Of a stretch of DNA of 64,000 nucleotides, positions 20,701 to 33,277 are shown piece by piece. Location: assembly GCA_014946745.1 (NCBI GenBank), contig JADCRD010000001.1:1360427-1424426 (forward strand), in the 5' to 3' direction. Position numbers and translations under genes: made by a program. How positions within the stretch are numbered: the stretch's first letter is position 1; every line of letters begins with the position of its first letter. The notes under the pieces are model-generated. The model worked only from the letters and a program-made list of their open reading frames with translations. It made no database searches and was not told where the DNA came from. Source of the DNA: Lysobacterales bacterium (GTDB taxonomy: Bacteria; Pseudomonadota; Gammaproteobacteria; Xanthomonadales; Xanthomonadaceae).

Positions 20701-23231
20701 CGGAGTTCCTTTTGCTCGGGTGGAAGGGTTTCGGTGGGCTTCCGAAGGTCTGCGATCATTCGATCGAGCTCGGGCAGATCACGGATGGATGAGTTCGACC
20801 TCTGGATCAGCGAGCGCTTTGCGACGAGATATCTGAGAGACAGGCTCGATGAGTCCCGAAGGTTGGCAAGTACCCTTAGTGCTTCCGGCCAGGGACCGGC
20901 TTCACCGTCGGGGATGTGCGCGGCCAACTCTACATACAGCAGGTCAAGGTCTACGCTGGAGTTTCGCGCCTCGCGCAGAAGCTGGATCCTTTCCATCACC
21001 TCTGCGGCGCAGCCAGTGCCTGGCATGTCGAGATGGTGCAGCGCCAGACAACGAGCGCCGCTGACACGCACACGCTCGCCTTCTGGAAGCGGGCTGGTCG
21101 AAACGACCCGATGCGCTTGCTCTGCAGTCGCGAGGTGCTGGCGACTCGCCGCAGTGTTCCCCGAAGTCTTTATCGCGGCTCGGTAGCCGATCAATGCCAG
21201 CAGAACCTGGCGTCGTGGCTGTGTCGGATCGTTGGCTGCATCCTCCCGTGCCAGCGCGGCGGCGCGCAGCAGGCTGTCGATACTGGCGCCCTCTTGTCCG
21301 AGCAAATCGCTGTGGACATCAAGCATGTAGCGCAGATTGATCTCGAATCGTCTTGCTCGCGGGCTGGCGCCTGCCGCTCGTTCGTGGGCCAACAGCCTCT
21401 CCAGCGCCGTTTTTCTGCTCTCCAGCGCGGCGCGAGGCTGTCCCAAGCTTTCCTGGGCGTTGGCGACCCAAGAAAGCGAATCCACGAGGTCGAGGACGCG
21501 AGGATCCGAATCGGAATTCAACATCGCCTCGCGAACCTGCGCCGCTTGTTCAAAGTGCGCCAGCGCGTCGGATGGGCGCTCCTGGGCTAGCATCAGGGAA
21601 CCAAGATTGTTCAGCGCATAGGCGATTTCGTGTTGCCCGGATTGATGGTCACCAGTGATCTCGTCGAATGCACGCGCTTCGGCTAGGTAGCGTGCCATGT
21701 GAGTTTCGGCCGCCGGGTAGTCGCGAACCCTGTAGGCGATATGACCGCGCCAGAACGCCACCTGGCCCGCCTCGAAATGAAGCTGTTCCTTCTGCCGTCC
21801 GGGCGAAGCAAGCGCCGCTTCCAACAGCCGTGCCGCCTGCTCAAGCACCGGCCCAGCCTGCTCAAACTGCTGGCGCGTCACCTGCACTTCCCCAAGCGTG
21901 CGTAGGGCCCTAGCGCGTGCCAACGCGCTCGCCGCATCACCGCGCATGTCCGCTTCACCGAGGTACTTGAGCGCTTCGGCGCCGATGCTGTCCAGCAGAT
22001 CCAGACGTCCCAGCGGGCGCAGCTTGTCGGCGAGGTCGCCCAGCATGTACTGGATGAGCTGTTCGGCCTCGCCGCGACGCTGTTCCGCGAGGGCTTGTGC
22101 AGCTTCCGCCTGGGCTCGGCCGGCGCGCGCTTCGGTCAGGCCGTAGAGGGCCAGGCCAGTGCCGCCGATCAGTGCGATGCCAATGAGCGAGGCGGCGGCG
22201 GCGGCCAGCGCATTGCGTCGAAGGAAGCAGCGCAGCGCATATCCGCGCCCGCCCTGAACCGCCATCACGGGCTCGCGTTGCATCCAGCGCTGCAGGTCTT
22301 CGGCCATTGAGGCGGCCGAGGCGTAGCGCTGGTCGCGGTCTTCCGCCATGGCACGTAGCGCGATGGCGCGCAGTTCGAAGGGCACGCGCCGCAGCTGCTG
22401 GGCATCGCCCTCGCCCGGTACGCGTGTCTGCAGGCTGCGCGCGAACTCTTCGCGAAGCGCCGTGTTTTGGAGGGCGCAGCCGTCGAAGGGCAGGCCCACC
22501 TGCAGGCGCAGGCACTCGGCCAGCATCACGCCCAGGGCGTAGATGTCGCAGCGGGCATCGATGCCGGCGGGGGCGGGGTCGCGCTGCTCAGGGGCCATGT
22601 AGGCCGGCGTGCCCGCCACCTGATTGGCTTGCATCGGTGTCGGCCCATCGGCGCTGGCGCCCAGAGCGATGCCGAAGTCGATGATGCGCGGCAGCGGGCC
22701 GGCGTCGGCGTCCTGCACCAGCACGTTCTGTGGCTTCAGGTCCCGATGGATCAGGCCGCGCTGATGGGCATGCTGGATGCCGCCGCAGAGCTCGATGAAC
22801 ATCCGCACGAGCGACGGGGTCGGCTGCGGATACAGGCGCAGGAACTCGTCCAGCGGCCGGCCCGGCACGTACTCCATCGCGAAGTAGAGCGCCCCGTCGG
22901 GCAGGCGCCCCGCGTCGTAGATCTGGGCGATTGCGCGGTGCGAGAGCAGGGCGAGGGCCTGACGCTCCACCTCGAAGAAGGCTTCGGCCCGTGCGCTGCG
23001 CCGCTCCGGCAGCATCACCTTCAGCGCGACGTCTCGGATCAGCGGCTGCAGCTGGTGGGCCAGCCAGACCTGGCCCATGCCGCCCTTTCCCAGGCGGCGC
23101 TCCAGCTTGAAGGCCCCGATGCGTTGTCCCTCGTGCCACTCGCGGACCGGCCGCGAGGCCGCAGAGCACTTGGTGTCGAGGCCTTCAGTGCGAGGCAGGA
23201 CCTGGGTCAGCTGCTCGGTGGCGGTCATCAC
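20697..23231 (-). CDS. Ser/Thr protein kinase (Hanks-type) with TM segment and C-terminal TPR repeat array
   Basis: GxGxxG (LGKGGMGQVW), VALK, HRDLKPQNVL, DFGIA, GTPAYMAPE kinase motifs. TM helix (LAAAAASLIGIALIGGTGLALYGL). Long TPR region. Confidence 0.85.
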   Translation of the reverse strand: MMTATEQLTQVLPRTEGLDTKCSAASRPVREWHEGQRIGAFKLERRLGKGGMGQVWLAHQLQPLIRDVALKVMLPERRSARAEAFFEVERQALALLSHRAIAQIYDAGRLPDGALYFAMEYVPGRPLDEFLRLYPQPTPSLVRMFIELCGGIQHAHQRGLIHRDLKPQNVLVQDADAGPLPRIIDFGIALGASADGPTPMQANQVAGTPAYMAPEQRDPAPAGIDARCDIYALGVMLAECLRLQVGLPFDGCALQNTALREEFARSLQTRVPGEGDAQQLRRVPFELRAIALRAMAEDRDQRYASAASMAEDLQRWMQREPVMAVQGGRGYALRCFLRRNALAAAAASLIGIALIGGTGLALYGLTEARAGRAQAEAAQALAEQRRGEAEQLIQYMLGDLADKLRPLGRLDLLDSIGAEALKYLGEADMRGDAASALARARALRTLGEVQVTRQQFEQAGPVLEQAARLLEAALASPGRQKEQLHFEAGQVAFWRGHIAYRVRDYPAAETHMARYLAEARAFDEITGDHQSGQHEIAYALNNLGSLMLAQERPSDALAHFEQAAQVREAMLNSDSDPRVLDLVDSLSWVANAQESLGQPRAALESRKTALERLLAHERAAGASPRARRFEINLRYMLDVHSDLLGQEGASIDSLLRAAALAREDAANDPTQPRRQVLLALIGYRAAIKTSGNTAASRQHLATAEQAHRVVSTSPLPEGERVRVSGARCLALHHLDMPGTGCAAEVMERIQLLREARNSSVDLDLLYVELAAHIPDGEAGPWPEALRVLANLRDSSSLSLRYLVAKRSLIQRSNSSIRDLPELDRMIADLRKPTETLPPEQKELR

Positions 23232-23376
23232 TTCGCCGAACGAATGTTCTGATGGCCTTCACTATACGAGGCATGCAACTTGCCGCGCCAGTGGGGTGAC
23301 ACCGGTTTCGTGCGGGCGCGCCGCCGATCATCGCGCTGTGCGGTGAAGGGAGGGGGCCTCCCCGACACGCGCCAAG

Positions 23377-26066
<2,690 letters not shown>

Positions 26067-26070
<4 letters not shown>

Positions 26071-27188
26071 GCCGCGGCCTCCGTGGGAACCACGGGCAGC
26101 GCGCGCGGGGTGACGCCCTCGACCACCTTGGCGATGGCCGCGATGTGCTCGGGCGTGGTGCCGCAGCAGCCGCCCACGAGGTTGAGCAGGCCGGCCTCGG
26201 CGAATTCGCGCAGGGTGCCGGCCATGTCCTCGGGGGTTTCGTCGTAGCCGCCGAAGGCGTTCGGCAGGCCGGCGTTCGGATGACAGCTGACGTGTGTGCT
26301 TGCCACCTGGGCGAGGATGTCGACGTGCGCGCGCAGGTCCTTGGCGCCCAGGGCGCAGTTCAAGCCGATGGCGTGCGGCCGCGAATGCGCCAGCGAGTAC
26401 CAGAAGGCCTCGGCGGTCTGGCCCGACAGCGTGCGCCCGCTGCGATCGGTGATCGTGCCGGAGATCATGAGCGGCAGGCGCGCGCCGCGCTGCTGGAAGA
26501 CTTCCTCCACCGCGAACACGGCGGCCTTGGCGTTGAGCGTGTCGAATACGGTCTCGACCATGATGATGTCGGCGCCGCCATCGATGAGGCCTTCGGTCGC
26601 TTCCCGGTAGGCCGTCGCCAGCTCTTCGAAGCTGGTGGCGCGAAACCCGGGGTTGTTGACGTCCGGGCTGATGCTGGCCGTGCGGCTGGTGGGGCCGAGG
26701 ATGCCGACGACGAAACGCGGCTTGTTGGGCGTCTTCGCTTCGATGGCGTCACAGCAGGCGCGGGCCAGCCTGGCGCCTTCCAGGTTCAACTCGCGGGCGA
26801 GATGCTCCAGCTTGTAGTCGGCCTGCGACAGCGTCGTGCTGTTGAAGGTATTGGTCTCGATGAGGTCGGCGCCGGCTTCGAGATAGGCCGTGTGGATGTC
26901 GCCGATGATCTGCGGCTGGGTCAGCGTGAGCAGGTCGTTGTTGCCCTTGAGATCGCAGCCGCAGCCTTCGCCGTGCGAGTGGCCTTCGTGTCCGCAGGGC
27001 GGCTGCGACTGCAGCGCATCCAGACCGTTGCGAAAGCGCTCACCGCGGTAGGCGGCCTCGTCGAGCGAATGACGCTGGATCATCGTGCCCATGGCGCCAT
27101 CGATGATCAGGATGCGCTCGGCGAGTGCGGCTTCGAGCTTGGCGACGCGGTAGGGCTTGAGCCAGGGCAGGGCGGTGAAGCTGGGCAT
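26067..27188 (-). CDS. metH: methionine synthase homocysteine-binding (S-methyltransferase) domain protein (split MetH, part 1)
   Basis: [38 protein letters not shown] aligns with the E. coli MetH N-terminus. Zn-binding [11 protein letters not shown]. Start at ATG 27188, not the ORF-track 27266. Confidence 0.85.
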
Positions 27189-27435
27189 TGCGTGGTCTTC
27201 CTTGGCAGCGCCTGGGGTGGGCGGGCGTTCGGGGGTTCGGGGAGGCGACGATGCGATGCGGCGCACGCGACGTCTCGGATTCGGTGGTGGGCGGCTTGGG
27301 TCGCTACTGGAAAACGGGCGGTGCGGCGTTGTGCGCGCTCCATCGGGAGCGGGGCGGTACTGAGCTCACGGTGGGCCGGGGCCCAGCCTATGCGGCACGG
27401 ATCGCGTGGTCCGGCAGGGCATCGCGCGCAGGCCC

Positions 27436-28362
27436 TCAGGCCTTGTGGGCGATCAGGGCGATGACCTCGAAGTGCGGAGGCCGGCGCTCTCGGGTCACCG
27501 TGCTCGCGGTCTGCACAGCGAGGCCCGCCTTCTCGGCAAAGCGCTTCAATTCCCTCTCGCTGAAGCCGAGATTGACGTGGCCATAGGGCGCCACCGCGGC
27601 CTGGTGTTCGTGCTTGGCCAGGCTGGTCAGCAGCAGCCGACCGCCCGGGCGCAGCACGCGACCGGCTTCCGCCACGGCCTTCGCCGGCTTGTCGGCGTAG
27701 GTGAGCGCGTGCATCAGCACCACCAGATCGAAGCTGGCTTCAGGGTAGGGCAGGGCGTGCATGTCGCCTTCAACGACTTCAACGTTCGCGTGGCGCGACA
27801 GGCGCTCGGTGGCGGCGCTCACGACCCGCGCGCTGGAGTCGATGCAGACATAGCGCTGGGCGTGCGGCGCCACCAGCTCGGCCAGCACACCATCGCCGGA
27901 GGCGATGTCGAGCACCTCGCCGGGGCGCATCAGCGGCAGCGCCGAGCGCGCCAGCGCTTCCCAGGTGCGGCCCGGCGAATAGTGGCGTTCCATGTCGCCG
28001 GCCACGGTGTCCGCCCAGTTCTCCTCGGCCGCGCGCAGGGCCAGAACTTCCGGCAGGCGTTCGGCGTCCTGTCGCAGCAGCGGATCGTCGGCGCCGCGGC
28101 ACAGGGTGTCCCACAGCGCGCGCTCTGCCGGCGGCAGAGCCTCGTTGAAGCGGTAGTAGGCCGAGACGCCAGCGCGGCGATCCAGGACCAGCTCGGCCTC
28201 CTTCAGCTTGGCGAGGTGGGTAGAGACCCGCGGCTGCGCAAGCATCGTGATCGAGGCCAGCTCGGCCACGGTCAGCTCCTCGCGCTCCAGCAGCGCCAGC
28301 AGCCGCACGCGCGTGGCGTCCGCGAGCACGCGCAGGCAGGCCGACCAGGCATTCAGATCCAT
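27436..28362 (-). CDS. sahR: ArsR-family HTH fused to SAM-dependent methyltransferase domain, SahR-like regulator of methionine/SAM-cycle genes
   Basis: ArsR HTH (CLRVLADATRVRLLALLEREELTVAELASIT) plus class I MTase fold (VLDIASGDGVLAE). Adjacent to metH as for SahR. Start at ATG 28362. Confidence 0.65.
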   Translation of the reverse strand: MDLNAWSACLRVLADATRVRLLALLEREELTVAELASITMLAQPRVSTHLAKLKEAELVLDRRAGVSAYYRFNEALPPAERALWDTLCRGADDPLLRQDAERLPEVLALRAAEENWADTVAGDMERHYSPGRTWEALARSALPLMRPGEVLDIASGDGVLAELVAPHAQRYVCIDSSARVVSAATERLSRHANVEVVEGDMHALPYPEASFDLVVLMHALTYADKPAKAVAEAGRVLRPGGRLLLTSLAKHEHQAAVAPYGHVNLGFSERELKRFAEKAGLAVQTASTVTRERRPPHFEVIALIAHKA

Positions 28363-28685
28363 GTGTATCGCTTCATCGGGATTCAAAGATGAAGCAGGGT
28401 AGGCAGGGGCTTGGGGTGCGTCAAGCTTTCGCGGGCTCGGCGAATTCGAAGTTGCGGAGCGTGCGCTGCTGCACGGAGCGGGCGATCGCCGTGGCTGCAA
28501 GGCGCGGGGCGGCTTGGCTCCGCACGAGTCGCGCATCCCGGTTCTTGTAGGAGCGAGCTTGCTCGCGACCAGTGCCATGTGCGGGTCGAAGGCTGCGGTC
28601 GCCTGCGAGCAGGCTCCTGCACAGATCAGCAGCAGAAGCAGCCAGCGTGCGTATTCCGTCGACCGGCATGCCGTCGCACCACCCC

Positions 28686-28714
28686 TCATCCCCCAATCCC
28701 CCAATCCCCAATCC
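28686..28714. repeat. heptamer/octamer microsatellite (CAATCCC(C))x4
   Basis: CATCCCCCAATCCCCCAATCCCCAATCCC in the divergent sahR / acyl-CoA dehydrogenase intergenic region. Confidence 0.85.
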
Positions 28715-28830
28715 CGGCCTCCAACGCCCTCGTATCCACGAGGCCTTGATCCGGCCGCACCCTGAACCGGGTTAAACTCGCGCCGTTTTCAAGCGCCTGT
28801 TTGAATTTCCCGCCTACGCCAGGAGCCGCC

Positions 28831-29994
<1,164 letters not shown>

Positions 29995-30017
29995 GTCCGC
30001 GACGTCCGCGTCAGCCG

Positions 30018-30050
30018 AGAACGCGCCGGAACGATCCGGCGCGTTTCCGT
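30018..30050 (+). terminator. probable rho-independent terminator after the acyl-CoA dehydrogenase gene
   Basis: AACGCGCCGGAacgaTCCGGCGCGTT stem followed by TCCGTGTC (weak U-tract). Confidence 0.5.
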
Positions 30051-30200
30051 GTCAGCGTGGCGCACCCGCTGCGGGCCTTCCAAAGTCATTGCGGCCGCGT
30101 ATCCTGCGGGCTCCGCATCGCTTGTCACAGCGCCTGGGCGCGTGCGTCGGGTGCGGCGTGATCCACCTGCTTGGGGCGGTGGGCTGGACCGGGGGCTTGC

Positions 30201-30815
30201 GTGGACCGCTTCTTCGACATCGCACTGTCGTTTCCAACGCTGATCCTGAGCCTGCTGCTGCTGGTTGCGGTGGGCTACTGGCTGCTGACCCTTCTTGGCC
30301 TGCTGGACCTTGAGGTGCTCGACCTGCCCGAGGTGGCCGACAGCGAGGGCTTGATGGGCGTTTTTTCGGGCCTGCTGCTCAAGTGCCGCCTGCAAGGGCT
30401 GCCCGTTGCCCTGATCTACTCCGCGGTCGTGCTGATCGCCTGGGTCTTTGTCTATCTGGCCAGCGCTCTGCTGTTCGGCCTCATCGACAGCGCAGCGCTC
30501 CGCCTCGCCGTCGGCGCTGTGGCCATTCCGTTCGCAGTGTTCTTGGCGCTGCCGTTCGCGGGGCTGGCCCTGCAGCCCTTGAAGGGGCTGTTTGCACGCG
30601 TCGAAGGTCGCAAGGCCGAATCGCTGCTGGGCGAGATCGTCCGCATCCGCTCGGCGGAAGCCACTGCGCACGCCGGCACCGCTGACTACGACGACGGCGC
30701 GGCCGGGCTGATTCTGCAGGTGCGCGCAGCCGGTACGATTCTGAAACGCGGTGAGCGGGCCTTGATCGTTGAATACTTGGAGGGCCAGAACGCCTATCGC
30801 GTCACGCCGCCCTGA
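30201..30815 (+). CDS. NfeD/YqiJ-like membrane protein (N-terminal TM helices + C-terminal OB-fold-like domain), flotillin partner
   Basis: Multi-TM N-terminus (LILSLLLLVAVGYWLLTLLGLL...). C-terminal GEIVRIRSAE...GLILQVRAAGTILKRGERALIVEYLEGQNAYRVTP resembles the NfeD OB domain. Immediately upstream of an SPFH/flotillin gene. The GTG start at 30201 is tentative; an ATG lies at 30171. Confidence 0.6.
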   Translation: MDRFFDIALSFPTLILSLLLLVAVGYWLLTLLGLLDLEVLDLPEVADSEGLMGVFSGLLLKCRLQGLPVALIYSAVVLIAWVFVYLASALLFGLIDSAALRLAVGAVAIPFAVFLALPFAGLALQPLKGLFARVEGRKAESLLGEIVRIRSAEATAHAGTADYDDGAAGLILQVRAAGTILKRGERALIVEYLEGQNAYRVTPP

Positions 30816-30950
30816 GCCCTGCCACGCGCTCGCGGCCGCCCGCGCATCGCAGCGCCACTCTTGACCTTTCCCGCTGCCCGGAGCGCGTCGCCGGGACTGT
30901 TTTCTGGTCGCTTCACCTTTCGTACCGCTCGCCTCACCCAGGAGCCCCGC

Positions 30951-33050
30951 ATGGACTTTGCAGCCCTTCCCTTCGCCGTTGTCGTCATCGGCGCCGTCAT
31001 CCTTTTTCTGCTCGGCGTCATGGTTCTGTTCAAGGCCTTCTACATCAAGGTGCCGCAGGGCACCGCCTTGATCGTGAACGACCTCTCCTCGACGCCCAAG
31101 GTCCACTTCACCGGCGCCCTGGTGTACCCGGTGATCTACAAGAAGGAGTTCATGCGCATCTCGCTGATCACCCTCGAGGTGGACCGGCGCGGCAAGGACG
31201 GCCTGATCTGTCGCGACAATATGCGCGCCGACATAACCGTGGCCTTCTACCTGCGCGTCAACGAGACCCAGCAGGACGTACTCAAGGTGGCCAAGGCCAT
31301 CGGCGTCGATCGGGCCTCCGACAAGGCGGCGGTCAACGAGCTGTTCAACGCCAAGTTCTCGGAAGCCTTGAAGACGGTCGGCAAGCAGATCGACTTCGTC
31401 AAGCTGTTCGAGAACCGTCAGGAGTTCCGCGACCGCATCGTCGAAGTCATCGGCAATGATCTGAACGGCTATGTGCTTGAGGACGTCGCCATCGACTATC
31501 TGGAGCAGACGCCGAAGGCCTCGCTCGACCCCAGCAATATTCTCGACGCCGAGGGCATCCGCAAGATCACCGAGCTCACTGCCGCGCAGAACGTCATCAC
31601 CAACGAGCTGGAGCGCAACGAAGAGCTGGCGATCACCAAGAAGAACGTCGAGACCAAGGAGGCCCTGCTTGCGCTGGCGCGTCAGCAGGCCGATGCCGAG
31701 GCCCGTCAGGCGCGCGAGATCGCCACCATCAAGGCGCGCGAAGAAGCCGAGACGATGAAGGTGCAGGAAGAGGAGCGCCTGAAGGCCGAGCAGGCACGCC
31801 TGGCCGCGCAAGAGCAGATCGACATCCGTGACCAGAACCGGATGCGTGAGGTCGAGGTGGCCGAGCAGAACCGCCAGCGCGCAGTGATCATCGAGAAGGA
31901 AAAGGTCGAGCGCGCCCGCGCGCTGGAAGTGGTCTCGCGCGAGCGCGAGGTCGAGCTGCAGCGCATCGAGAAAGAAAAGGCCCTGGAAGAACAGCGCAAG
32001 CTGATCGCCAACGTGGTGCGCGAGCGCATCGCGGTCGACAAGACGGTGGCGCAGGAAGAAGAGCGCATCAAGGAAGTGCGCGAGATCTCCGAGGCCGAAC
32101 GCGCCAAGCAGGTCGCGATTCTGGACGCCCAGGCCCGTGCCGAAGAAGAGCTGGTCAAGCAGGTCAAGCAGGCCGAAGCCGATGAGAGCAAGGCCAAGCA
32201 CAAGGCCGTCGAGATCACCACGCTGGCGCAGGCGGAACTGGAAGCCGCTGGCAAGCAATCCGAGGCCAAGCGCAAGCTGGCCGAAGGCATCGAAGCCGAG
32301 CGCGCGGCGCCGGGTCTCGCCGATGCGCGCGTGCGCGAAGTGAATGCGGCGGCGCTGGAGAAGGAAGGCCTGGCGCAAGCCAAGGTCGTGGCCGAAAAGC
32401 TGATGGCGGAAGCGCGCGGCGAGCAGGAGAAGGGCTTCGCACACGCGCGGGTCGTCGAGGCGCACGCCGATGCCAAGCAGAAGGAAGGCCTGGCCGAGGC
32501 CAAGGTGCTGGAAGAAAAGCTCGGCGCACAGGCGCGCGGCGAGGAGCAGATCGGCGGAGCCAAGGCCGTCGCTACCCGCGAGATCGGTCTGTCGGAAGCC
32601 GAGGTGTTGAAGCGTCGCTACGAGTCGGAGGCCGAGGGTCTGGTCAAGAAGTTCGAGGCGCTGTCGGGCCTGTCCGACTCCGCGCGGGCGCACGAAGAGT
32701 TCCGCATGAAGCTGGAGAAGAACTTCGAGCAGGCCATGGCCGCGATCGAGGCCAACAAGGACATCGCTCGCGAGCAGGCCGACGTGCTGGCGGCAGCGCT
32801 GTCCAAGGCCAAGGTCGACATCGTCGGCGGCGGCGGCGAGTTCTTCGAGACCTTCGCCAAGGCGCTCAGCGTCGGCAAGGCGATCGAGGGCGCGGTCGGC
32901 AAAAGCCCGGTGGTTCAGGACGTGCTGTCGAAGTTTCTGGGCGGTGGGGTGACGGCGGGGAAGGTGGCGGCGTTGAAGGCGGCGGAGGCTTCGACTTCGC
33001 AAAGCGCTGATGCTTCCACTGCTGCCGACTCCCCGGAGCCGAGGGCCTAG
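30951..33050 (+). CDS. flotillin-like SPFH/band-7 protein (YqiK/FloT family) with a long C-terminal EA-rich coiled coil
   Basis: N-terminal TM (AALPFAVVVIGAVILFLLGVMVLF). SPFH core (KVPQGTALIVNDLSSTPKVHFTGALVYPVIYKKEFMRISLITLEVD...CRDNMRADITVAFYLRV). ~400 aa of heptad-repeat EA/K-rich sequence with internal tandem repeats (KEGLAQAKVVAEKLMAEARGE / KEGLAEAKVLEEKLGAQARGE). Confidence 0.85.
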   Translation: MDFAALPFAVVVIGAVILFLLGVMVLFKAFYIKVPQGTALIVNDLSSTPKVHFTGALVYPVIYKKEFMRISLITLEVDRRGKDGLICRDNMRADITVAFYLRVNETQQDVLKVAKAIGVDRASDKAAVNELFNAKFSEALKTVGKQIDFVKLFENRQEFRDRIVEVIGNDLNGYVLEDVAIDYLEQTPKASLDPSNILDAEGIRKITELTAAQNVITNELERNEELAITKKNVETKEALLALARQQADAEARQAREIATIKAREEAETMKVQEEERLKAEQARLAAQEQIDIRDQNRMREVEVAEQNRQRAVIIEKEKVERARALEVVSREREVELQRIEKEKALEEQRKLIANVVRERIAVDKTVAQEEERIKEVREISEAERAKQVAILDAQARAEEELVKQVKQAEADESKAKHKAVEITTLAQAELEAAGKQSEAKRKLAEGIEAERAAPGLADARVREVNAAALEKEGLAQAKVVAEKLMAEARGEQEKGFAHARVVEAHADAKQKEGLAEAKVLEEKLGAQARGEEQIGGAKAVATREIGLSEAEVLKRRYESEAEGLVKKFEALSGLSDSARAHEEFRMKLEKNFEQAMAAIEANKDIAREQADVLAAALSKAKVDIVGGGGEFFETFAKALSVGKAIEGAVGKSPVVQDVLSKFLGGGVTAGKVAALKAAEASTSQSADASTAADSPEPRA

Positions 33051-33058
33051 CTTCCAGA

Positions 33059-33096
33059 GCCCCTCTCCCACCGGGAGAGGGGTTGGGGTGAGGGGC
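33059..33096. repeat. REP-like palindromic element, copy A
   Basis: GCCCCTCTCCCACCGGGAGAGGGGTTGGGGTGAGGGGC has an internal hairpin CCCCTCTCCC-accg-GGGAGAGGGG. Confidence 0.8.
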
Positions 33097-33181
33097 AGTG
33101 CATGGCGTTCTCTATCGGCGTTCGATGCAGCGCTCTGCAGCCGAAGCATGCTGTCTCGGCGTTGAGGCTGGTGCACGTCCA

Positions 33182-33219
33182 GCCCCTCACCCCAACCCCT
33201 CTCCCGTTGGGAGAGAGGC
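33182..33219. repeat. REP-like palindromic element, copy B (inverted relative to copy A)
   Basis: GCCCCTCACCCCAACCCCTCTCCCGTTGGGAGAGAGGC is near-identical to the reverse complement of copy A (3 mismatches). The two copies bracket an 85-bp spacer. Confidence 0.8.
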
Positions 33220-33277
33220 TTGAAGCGCGCTCCGGGCTTTGGCAAGGCGCGCGTCCCCCGCCTTACAGGTTGACCTC

